A stretch of 64,000 bases of DNA, taken from Candidatus Latescibacterota bacterium. Its GTDB lineage: Bacteria; Latescibacterota; UBA2968; GCA-2709665. Made by a program: the position numbers and the translations under genes. The DNA is taken from NCBI GenBank assembly GCA_965116875.1, contig OZ220733.1:4384001-4448000 (forward strand), written 5' to 3'. The notes under the pieces are model-generated. The model did no database searches and was not told the DNA's origin. It saw only the letters and a list, made by a program, of their open reading frames with translations. Position 1 is the first letter of the stretch, and each line of letters opens with the position of its first letter. Positions 9,798 through 17,371 of this stretch are shown here, piece after piece.

Positions 9798-10053
9798 TGT
9801 CATCCAGAGGACTTGCCCTGCTTGTGCTGCTTGCACTGAGCCTGTGGTCCCTGAGCTTGTCGAAGGGTCGAAGTGGCCTGCCCGCAACGTCTGCGAAACG
9901 CTCCGGTCTACGTGCGACCAGCCTGTCATGCAGGGGGCCGGGGAGGGGTCTGCAGGCCGACGTAAGGATCTACTGCAGCAGGGGATCATCTCGGAGGGGC
10001 TATCGCCGTTGGATACCAGAGAAGCAGCACGTCCGCTCCCTCCTCAACTCCGC
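9798..10053. repeat. Isolated copy of the TGTCATCCAGAG repeat module carrying nested hairpin micro-elements
   Basis: Homologous by eye to 15728-15980 and 14856-14976 (TGTCATCCAGAGGA...CAGGCCGACG-AAGGATCTA...GCAGCACGT). Confidence 0.85.
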
Positions 10054-10125
10054 TTATTATGGCAGGTCCGCCTTTCACTACCTTGAGGCGTCGATCGGGT
10101 ACTCGACGTCCCGCCTGAACAGGCG

Positions 10126-10371
10126 CTATTCGCCTCGCCGTCCCCGTCCTCTTATCCTTCGTCTTTGATCTCTGATGAGCGTGACGATTTCCGGGGTGGC
10201 GATGTCCGCATGGATCGACCGAACGTCCAATGGTGACGCGGTGGGGCGTTCCGGCACAAGGGCGTACGTCCTGCCGTCTTTTCTGCGTATCAGGACCTTG
10301 CCGGTAGACTCGGCCCTGTCCAGCACCTTCGAGAAATTCTGTCGGGCTTCCGAGTACGTATAGACGTTCAT
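10126..10371 (-). CDS. Phd/YefM-family antitoxin
   Basis: MNVYTYSEARQNFSKVLDRAE...VLIRRKDG Phd-type N-terminus; ATG at 10371 directly after the PIN gene stop. Confidence 0.88.
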   Translation of the reverse strand: MNVYTYSEARQNFSKVLDRAESTGKVLIRRKDGRTYALVPERPTASPLDVRSIHADIATPEIVTLIRDQRRRIRGRGRRGE

Positions 10372-10372
10372 A

Positions 10373-10771
10373 CTATACCTCCAGGTCGACAAGATTGACA
10401 CCAAGAGTACGTGCCAACCGGCCGAGTTTTCGGTCCAGCGTCAATAGAGGGGCGGCATGCCTCAATGCGCAATCCAGAAAGTACGCGTCGTAGGCGTAGA
10501 CGTTCTCCGCGGCCGCAATGGACATCACATTCGACATGTCGACGCTCACGTATTGAATCGGGATGTCATCCAGAATCTCCATTCCCCGCTGTGCATCCGA
10601 AACGCTTACACGACGCTGCCTGATCATAGCTGAGAAGGCATTTCCGATTTCCCATGGTATGGATCCGGGACCGATCAGAGCATGACCCGATGTGGCCTCA
10701 ATGATTGTATCTTTTTCAGGTTCTGCGACGATTACCGCGACAATTGCTGAAGAGTCGATCACAATGTTCAT
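10373..10771 (-). CDS. vapC: VapC-like PIN-domain toxin
   Basis: IVIDSS, WEIGNA, AYDAYF, LLTLDRKL acidic PIN residues; 132 aa. Confidence 0.92.
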   Translation of the reverse strand: MNIVIDSSAIVAVIVAEPEKDTIIEATSGHALIGPGSIPWEIGNAFSAMIRQRRVSVSDAQRGMEILDDIPIQYVSVDMSNVMSIAAAENVYAYDAYFLDCALRHAAPLLTLDRKLGRLARTLGVNLVDLEV

Positions 10772-10793
10772 TCCCGCCCCCTCCGATAATAAT

Positions 10794-10823
10794 CAATTGT
10801 ACAATTGTCACAAGAATTGTCAA
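10794..10823 (-). promoter_or_regulatory. Sigma70-like promoter overlapped by a palindromic operator for the TA operon
   Basis: Minus strand TTGACA-16nt-TACAAT; perfect palindrome CAATTGTACAATTG (10794-10807) covers the -10 box. Confidence 0.7.
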
Positions 10824-11038
10824 GTGCTGAATTGAGATTTGATGATCGCTGAGATTGGTGACGCAAGTACAACCGCTGAATACGAAACGGTTGCCGTCGT
10901 AGTCTGTCTGTATGTACGTCACCGAAAGTCGACGGGTACAGCGACGCCCTTCTGTCAAACGAAGTGAAGACAAGGACCTGCGTTTTCTATGGGAATGTCA
11001 ATGTGGCCAGACGATACCTCGAACGCGATCTTGACAGG

Positions 11039-11063
11039 GTGGAGCAGACATTCCTGTCCGCTC
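11039..11063 (+). repeat. REP-like palindrome, GTGG family, copy 4
   Basis: GTGGAGCAGACATTCCTGTCCGCTC preceded by CTTGACAGG. Confidence 0.75.
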
Positions 11064-11353
11064 ACAAGGGAACAACCGTGATCCGGTTTCCCGTGTCCGG
11101 AAATGCATCGTCGCACTTGCCGGCCATTGAGAGCTTTCACCAGTCGAATTCGCAGTGGAAGGACGATGAGACTGGCAGACACACCTGTTAAAAGCCGTCT
11201 CTTCCAACCGCCATCACGACATGATCCACCTGTAACCGGAGCGAGGGCAGGATGCCCTCGCTCCCGGGAACGCAAACCACACCACCGCGTGCTCATCGGC
11301 TGGACCGGACGATGTGTGCGCGTGTATTCCGTTTGAGCGTCTATCTGGAAACG

Positions 11354-11389
11354 AAAACACCCTGCTGATCGACTTTCAGCAGGGCGTTT
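11354..11389 (-). terminator. Intrinsic terminator downstream of tRNA-Glu
   Basis: Stem CCCTGCTGA/TCAGCAGGG with flanking A/T runs. Confidence 0.75.
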
Positions 11390-11407
11390 CTATGTGCGGT
11401 TTATTTA

Positions 11408-11483
11408 TGGTGACCCCGAGGGGAGTCGAACCCCCGTTTCCAGGGTGAGAACCTGGTGTCCTAGGCCACTGAACGACGGGGTC
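11408..11483 (-). tRNA. tRNA-Glu (anticodon CTC)
   Basis: Reverse complement folds as a cloverleaf: GACCCCG acceptor, CCAGG-TTCTCAC-CCTGG anticodon arm, TTCGACT T-loop, encoded CCA. Confidence 0.97.
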
Positions 11484-11502
11484 ACCTTGTCAAATCGGGC
11501 GA

Positions 11503-11531
11503 AATCTACCCAAATCGGCCCATTTTGTCAA
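11503..11531 (-). promoter_or_regulatory. Sigma70-like promoter of tRNA-Glu
   Basis: Minus strand TTGACA-17nt-TAGATT. Confidence 0.65.
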
Positions 11532-11644
11532 GGGATACCGGTTTTTCGCGGCGTCGCCTCGATGTACATTTCGAACCGAACCCTTCTGTGCCTTTTGTGC
11601 TTTTTTTGTGGCAAATAAAACGGCTTTGTCTTTTCGAAATGAGA

Positions 11645-12016
11645 TCAGTCTCTCGGCGGCACGGCGCACAGGAAACTCAGGGGCTCGTCCCCGGTATTTT
11701 CGAACTGGTGCTGCTCGTTCGGCGGAATGTACACGATGTCTCCCGGGCCGATTTCGTACATCTCCCATCCCATCAACAGGCGGGCGGTGCCCCTGAGGAC
11801 GTACACGCCGTGGTCGTGGTCGTGACGGTCGAAGGAAGTCTGTCCTCCGGGCGCGATCTCGTAGTACCGCATGCCGAAGTTGACGGCGCCGTCCCGCTTG
11901 CCGATGACGACCTGCCTGCTGCCGCCCACCGCGCCGCCCATGTCGTAGGTCTCGACTTCGACGCCTTCCCACGCGTAGTTGCCCTGTTCTCCCGTAAAGC
12001 GATGCAGAACGCCCAT
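11645..12016 (-). CDS. Cupin-domain protein
   Basis: APGG...HDHDHGVYVLRG and GDIVYIPPNEQHQFENTG cupin motifs. Confidence 0.9.
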   Translation of the reverse strand: MGVLHRFTGEQGNYAWEGVEVETYDMGGAVGGSRQVVIGKRDGAVNFGMRYYEIAPGGQTSFDRHDHDHGVYVLRGTARLLMGWEMYEIGPGDIVYIPPNEQHQFENTGDEPLSFLCAVPPRD

Positions 12017-12044
12017 GGAAGCCTCTCATGTAACCATAGCGCGA

Positions 12045-12090
12045 CCCTTCGACCCTTCGACAAGCTCAGGGACCGCAATCTCAGTGAGCG
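12045..12090 (-). repeat. Two-level nested hairpin micro-element
   Basis: Reverse complement reads CACTGAGATTG[CGGT-CCCTGAGCTTGTCGAAGGG]TCGAAGGG. Confidence 0.85.
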
Positions 12091-12152
12091 GCTCGGGATC
12101 GGCGGACCAGGGATGCTGGATACCTGCCCTCGACGTCACTCAACCGGAACAT

Positions 12153-13232
12153 TTACATGAAGTTCCTGACGCCGCTGCCGTGGAGTTCGGAGATACGGGC
12201 GGCGGTCTCTTCGTCGAAGCCCACCTGGACCAGTTCCTGAATGCGCTTGTTGTGCATCGTACTGTAGAGGTCTCGCACGAGGCCGCGGCCCTTTTCGATC
12301 TGTTCGGGCGAGGACCCGCCGCCGGCGAGCGTCATCATCGCCTTCAGCACGAAGGGACTCGCGCCCGAAACCTGCTGCAGAAAGGCGGTTCGTTTCTCCG
12401 CCGCCTGTGCGAGCCGGCTGATGACTTCCGGTCGCTGCTGGACGTGGTACCCGATGTGCGAGAGGCCGTAGCCGACGTGACGGCCTTCGTCTTGCCGGGC
12501 GAGTTTGAAGACCCGGGCCGTGACGGGGTCCGGCGACACTTCCTCGAGAAACCTGAGTAACTCCATGAACGTGCCTTCCCCCAGCACGTGGAGAAGGAAC
12601 GACGCGTCCGTGAAGTCCTCCTGGGCGAGCAGGCTTTGAAGCGACCACTCCGTGGCCGAGGAGACGTACTGCAGCCCGCCGCCGTTGGCCAGCGCACGCT
12701 TGGTGAAGACTTCCACGTGCCTGGCCTCGTCCATCACCTGGCTGGAAAGAAACAGGATGACTTCGGAAAAACACGGGTCGATGCGCCCGATGAACTTCGC
12801 GGGCAGGTACAGGGCCAGGTATTCGTTCTGGATCATGAACGTACAGATCTGGCAGACCGCGCGTTCCAGATCTTCCTCGAGTTCCGGCAGGTCGCGCCAG
12901 GGGATATCCGTCGTGGCGTTCCATTGTCCCTGTTTGGCCTGTTCGACCAGTTCGGCGATATTCTCGGCCCAGACCTCGGTCTTCTGAACGATGCCGAAGT
13001 CGAATTTAGGGGTCTTTGGGTCCACGACCGAGCCCCGCTGCGCCAAACCGTGGTTGGGAGGCGCCCGGTCCGGAACGACGCCAGGACTGCCCACGAGACA
13101 GTCAGGAAGGAAAATGCCCCGGTCGTCGCGCGGCGGCACCCTGATGCCCCAGTCGGGGTCGCCCCAGGCGGAGGTATCCGGGAGATTTGGGTCCACGATT
13201 CGATGCTCCTCTTTTGTACTATCGTGCTTCAA
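12153..13232 (-). CDS. Ferritin-like di-iron carboxylate protein
   Basis: QNEYLA...DEARH and LGEGTF...DEGRH, two ExxH ligand sets. Confidence 0.85.
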   Translation of the reverse strand: MKHDSTKEEHRIVDPNLPDTSAWGDPDWGIRVPPRDDRGIFLPDCLVGSPGVVPDRAPPNHGLAQRGSVVDPKTPKFDFGIVQKTEVWAENIAELVEQAKQGQWNATTDIPWRDLPELEEDLERAVCQICTFMIQNEYLALYLPAKFIGRIDPCFSEVILFLSSQVMDEARHVEVFTKRALANGGGLQYVSSATEWSLQSLLAQEDFTDASFLLHVLGEGTFMELLRFLEEVSPDPVTARVFKLARQDEGRHVGYGLSHIGYHVQQRPEVISRLAQAAEKRTAFLQQVSGASPFVLKAMMTLAGGGSSPEQIEKGRGLVRDLYSTMHNKRIQELVQVGFDEETAARISELHGSGVRNFM

Positions 13233-13238
13233 CGGGAT

Positions 13239-14405
13239 TTATCGCCCGTTGTTGAGAACCAGCTTGACGAAGTCGCCGAAGTCGGTCGTGTCGAAGGTCC
13301 TGAACGAAGTCAACATCGATGGCGTCCACTCGTCGTGCCAGATCCAGGCGGTCCATCCAATATTCCGGGTCTTGCAGAAGTCGACCAGGGGCATGGCGTA
13401 TTCCCGCCTGGTTCTCTCGGGATCTTCCGAATGACCGTAGCCCCATTCGCCCAGGAAGACCGCATCGGTTTTATCCAGATTGAAGAGTACGCCCTTCCAC
13501 GCTTCGCCCTTCCAGGGGTACGGATGCGTCTCGTACACGACGTTGGGCCGGTCCACGGGATCGTCCAGGGCGCCGCTGAGGTCGTATCCCCAGTCGATGC
13601 CGGAAACCAGGACGAGCGCGCGGGGATCCACGGCGTGGATGACGTCGACAAGTGACTCGGCGACCGGGCGCCATTCTTCCCAGGTGATAAACGCGGGTTC
13701 GTTGAACGTGCCGTATATGACATGCGGCAGGTCGCTGTACCTTCGGACGATTGCGTCCAGCCCCTCGATCGCCAGTGACAGGTCGGGGTTGTACGGATTG
13801 CCTCGCCACGGGTGTCGATACCCCCAATCGGGGTGTTCCGTCTGCCCGGTGAGCGGGTTCCCGTGCGCGTGCCAGCCAAGAAAGACGTAGACGCCGCGCC
13901 GCTGCCCCCAGTCGACGATCGGGTCCACGAACGCGGGCAGATAGTCCCGGTACCGTTGCCAGAGGTCGGGGTGAATGGGCACGCGGATGACGTTCACGTT
14001 CCACTCGTCCGCCAGAATGTCAAGGGCCTCCGTCCCGTTGCGGCGGGCGGCGTGAAGAAAGTACGGGTCGATGACGGCAACGCCCCGCAGCACCACGTCC
14101 ACGTTCTGCCCGAATGCGTCCGCAAAGGCCAGAAAGTCGGCGAAGTCGACGTCGCCGCTGTCGTCGAGGTCGTATTCAGCCTGGCTTGTGCCGAAGGCTT
14201 CCGAAAACAGAAGAAAGTCCGAAAGGTCCACCCGCCCGCCGCCGTCGAAGTCCGCATCGGCTGCCTTCGCGCTGACGATTCTGTGTCCGTCCACCCGCAG
14301 TCTCGAAAGGCTTTCGGCGGCCCCCACAAGGGTTGCCGGAAACGACAGGGCCAGGATCAGAATGGAAACGACGATGCTTCTGGATTTCCGGACTTTCATG
14401 GACAT
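13239..14405 (-). CDS. Secreted glycoside hydrolase family 5 with inserted dockerin/EF-hand-like module
   Basis: NVIRVP, FNEP acid/base, HPY, FLGEWG nucleophile, GWTAW; signal peptide. Confidence 0.88.
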   Translation of the reverse strand: MSMKVRKSRSIVVSILILALSFPATLVGAAESLSRLRVDGHRIVSAKAADADFDGGGRVDLSDFLLFSEAFGTSQAEYDLDDSGDVDFADFLAFADAFGQNVDVVLRGVAVIDPYFLHAARRNGTEALDILADEWNVNVIRVPIHPDLWQRYRDYLPAFVDPIVDWGQRRGVYVFLGWHAHGNPLTGQTEHPDWGYRHPWRGNPYNPDLSLAIEGLDAIVRRYSDLPHVIYGTFNEPAFITWEEWRPVAESLVDVIHAVDPRALVLVSGIDWGYDLSGALDDPVDRPNVVYETHPYPWKGEAWKGVLFNLDKTDAVFLGEWGYGHSEDPERTRREYAMPLVDFCKTRNIGWTAWIWHDEWTPSMLTSFRTFDTTDFGDFVKLVLNNGR

Positions 14406-14450
14406 TCCGGGTTCGCTCGCGAGTCAATTTCGTCACTCGTTCGCAAAGAC

Positions 14451-14976
14451 TGTCATCCAGAGGAGGCCTGCGCGCGACGTCGCCGAAACACATCCGGTCC
14501 ACGTGAGAACAGCCTGCCATGCAGCGCAGGCCGACGAAGGATCTACTGCAGCATCGGTTCATCATCACGCGGTTTGCACGTTGCGACACCGACGAGGCAG
14601 CACGTCCGCCAAGACTGTCATCCAGAGAAGGCCGAAAAGCAGGCGATGGGTCCGCGCACAAGTTCGTCTGCGAAGGGCATGTACTCCACGTCCAATCGAG
14701 AAGACGGGAGATTCTTCGCTCCGCTCTGAATGACATGACTTTCAATTGCCATTAGTAAATCGCTTCCTTCAAGTGTTCGCCTGGACTGTTGTGCTGAGAA
14801 GGCAGGCGCGCTCAGAATGACATGTTGGCCGATAGCCAGGCGCGTTGCTTCCCACTGTCATCCAGAGGAGGCCCCCCAGGCCGACGAAGGATCTAATGCG
14901 GCATGGTATTGTCCCAGCGCGATTTGTACGTGGCGATACCTGAGAGGCAGCACGTTCGCTTCCTGCTACGACTCCG
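14451..14976. repeat. Left cluster of TGTCA...TGACA palindromic repeat modules
   Basis: TGTCATCCAGAG at 14451, 14616, 14856; CTCWGAATGACA at 14724, 14811; inner IR CGAAGGATCT (14535) / AGATTCTTCG (14709). Confidence 0.9.
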
Positions 14977-15039
14977 CTCAATGAGACGAAGTTCGAACAA
15001 TACAAGCGTGGGCATATCTGACAATTATCCGCAAACCAC

Positions 15040-15321
15040 CTACCAATCTATGGAAAGGTCTCCCATGGCCGGATTGGCACGATTTATCAATTCGAGTTTT
15101 TTCTGTCGACTCCAACCCTTCAGTTCCTTCTCTCTCGAAATTGCTCGGTGTATGTCAGATGTTGTTTCAAAGTACACCAGCCTATTCATCCGGTACTTGC
15201 TTGTGAACCCTGCAGAGAGCGTGTGTCTGTGTTCATAAACTCGTCGTTTGAGATCGTTGGTTACACCAATATATAACGTTCCACTCCGATTTGTCATGAT
15301 GTAGACGAAGTATTGGTTCAT
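15040..15321 (-). CDS. Stand-alone GIY-YIG nuclease (YhbQ/UPF0213-like)
   Basis: YFVYIM...LYIGVTNDLKRRVYEH...AISREKELKGWSRQKK; visibly lower GC than neighbours. Confidence 0.95.
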   Translation of the reverse strand: MNQYFVYIMTNRSGTLYIGVTNDLKRRVYEHRHTLSAGFTSKYRMNRLVYFETTSDIHRAISREKELKGWSRQKKLELINRANPAMGDLSIDW

Positions 15322-15363
15322 CGAATGTTAGAATTATGGGATTGAACGACGGTGCGCCCACCA

Positions 15364-16031
15364 CACATCCGCCGAGATTGCCATGTTGAGAAAGCCGCCA
15401 GGCAGGCGAAGCGTCCGCGCACAAGTTCATCCGCCAAAGGTCTGCGGGACACGTACTGCCCGGAAGACGGGAGATTCTTCGCTGCGCACTGAATGACATG
15501 TCCTGCAATGACCATCGGCGAAATGTATCCTTCACACATCGGCGCGTACAGTTATGCAGCAAAGGCCTGCGCGCTCAGAATGACATGTTTTGCAATAACT
15601 ATTGGCGAAATGTAACGGCCAAACCTTCGCCGATACTGTCATCCAGAGGACTTGCACTGAGCATGTCGAAGTGCCCTTCACGCTCTGAATGACACGTTGG
15701 CCCATAGCCAGGCGTGTTGCTTCCCACTGTCATCCAGAGGACTTGCACTGAGCTTGTGGTCCCTGAGCCGTTGTCCTGCTTGTGCTGAGCCTGTCGAAGC
15801 AAGCCTGCCGAAGGATTGTCGAAGGGTCGAAGTGGCATGCGCGCGACGTCGGCGAAACACATCCGTTACACGTGAGAGCAGACTACCTTGCAGAGCAGGC
15901 CGACGAAGGATCTACTGCAGCATCGGTTCGTCCCTGAGAGAATTTCACGTGGCGACACCTCAGAGGCGGCACAAACACGTCCTTCGCAGAATGGAAGTGA
16001 CGGGAGGTTCTTCGCCGCGGCCAGAATGACA
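15364..16031. repeat. Right cluster of TGTCA...TGACA palindromic repeat modules, including a four-level nested micro-element
   Basis: TGTCATCCAGAG at 15637, 15728; ...GAATGACA ends at 15498, 15585, 15694, 16031; 15364-15498 is a 135-bp diverged direct repeat of 14601-14735. Confidence 0.9.
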
Positions 16032-16173
16032 GGCTGCTCTTAATCATGCCAGCGCGACCTCTCTGCGAAAGATAGGAACAAAGCCGGCGTCGAGCAAGGC
16101 CGAAGGGTGAATTGCGTCGCTGATGCGTCGACATACGGGTCCCGAAATGTGACGGTCGAGTCACGGAAATATC

Positions 16174-16202
16174 TTGTAAGCCCCGTCGGTTGGCGTTATA
16201 TT
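16174..16202 (+). promoter_or_regulatory. Possible sigma70 promoter of the ABC operon
   Basis: TTGTAA-17nt-TATATT. Confidence 0.4.
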
Positions 16203-16278
16203 TGAAGCTTTTGTGCGGACCTGCGCAAAGACCGCTCTGTCTGTCCGGCGCAGCCATGACGGAAACGGAGACTGCTTG

Positions 16279-17265
16279 ATGCTGAAATATATCGCATGGC
16301 GAATCCTGATGATGATTCCCACGCTCTTCGCCATTTCGATCGTGTCGTTCCTGATCATCCAGCTTCCGCCCGGAGACTTCCTCACGTCGTACCTGGCGCA
16401 ACTCACGTCGATGGGGGAAACGGTGAGCGAGGAAGTCATCGAGGCGCTCCGCGCGCGCTACGGGCTGGGCAGTCCGGTCTACGTCCAGTACTGGACGTGG
16501 ATAACGGGCATCGTCACCCAGGGCGATTTCGGGATGTCCCTGCTGTGGGGCAGGCCGGTGAGCGAGCTGTTGTGGGAGCGGGTCAGCCTCACGGTGATGG
16601 TGAGCGCGAGTTCGGTGCTCTTCATCTGGGTGGTCGCGATACCCATCGGCATCTATTCCGCGGTGCGGCAATATTCCATTGGCGACTACATCTTCACGTT
16701 CCTGGGTTTCCTCGGGCTGGCCACGCCGCCGTTCATGCTGGCCCTGATCGCGCTGTGGATCGTCTTCGTGTCCACCGGCAGCGTACTGGTGGGGCTCTTC
16801 TCACCGGAATACATCGACGCGTCCTGGTCGTTCGGCAAGGCGTTGGACCTGCTTGCGCACCTGTGGATTCCGATGGTGATTCTGGGCACCGCGGGGACGG
16901 CCGGAACAATCCGCGTGATCCGCGCCCAGATGCTGGATGAATTGCACAAACCCTATGTGGTCACCGCCAGGGCGAAAGGCGTTTCGGAACTGAAGCTTCT
17001 CTTCAAATACCCGGTGAGGATCGCCCTGAATCCCTTCTTCAGCACCCTGGGCTGGCTGCTGCCCCGGCTGATCGCCGGTGAGATCCTGGTGTCCATCGTG
17101 CTGAATCTGCCCACCACCGGGCCGCTTCTGCTGGGCGCACTCACCAATCAGGATATGTACCTGGCCGGGAGCTTCATGCTGATCCTGAGTACATTGACCG
17201 TGATCGGGACGCTGATTTCGGATATTCTGCTCGCCTGGGTGGATCCGAGAATCCGCTACTCATAG
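16279..17265 (+). CDS. Opp/Dpp-family ABC transporter permease (OppB-like)
   Basis: LPPGD, YVVTARAKG EAA loop, DPRIRY end; start chosen at MLKYIAWR. Confidence 0.93.
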   Translation: MLKYIAWRILMMIPTLFAISIVSFLIIQLPPGDFLTSYLAQLTSMGETVSEEVIEALRARYGLGSPVYVQYWTWITGIVTQGDFGMSLLWGRPVSELLWERVSLTVMVSASSVLFIWVVAIPIGIYSAVRQYSIGDYIFTFLGFLGLATPPFMLALIALWIVFVSTGSVLVGLFSPEYIDASWSFGKALDLLAHLWIPMVILGTAGTAGTIRVIRAQMLDELHKPYVVTARAKGVSELKLLFKYPVRIALNPFFSTLGWLLPRLIAGEILVSIVLNLPTTGPLLLGALTNQDMYLAGSFMLILSTLTVIGTLISDILLAWVDPRIRYS

Positions 17266-17371
17266 ACATCCGGTAATCCGGTAGAATGAACAGGAGTCGA
17301 TTAAGATCGCTACGGAACCGCAGGACAGAACACGCTCGGAGAATCCGCTACCGCGGAAGTCGATAAGGGAT

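Noticed and set aside
10830-11340. Small ORFs between vapC and tRNA-Glu
   Set aside because: No convincing RBS or domain; one spans a REP copy.
1-11483. Integrative island anchored at the tRNA-Glu 3' end
   Set aside because: Position and content are suggestive, but I found no integrase or duplicated tRNA 3' end within the window.
14071-16029. Short ORFs over the repeat field, and 9749-10168
   Set aside because: They translate repeat DNA (SLSLSKG, PELVEG-like peptides) and lack recognisable domains.
14451-16031. CRISPR array
   Set aside because: Repeats vary in length and orientation, the intervening sequences are themselves repeated, and there are no cas genes.
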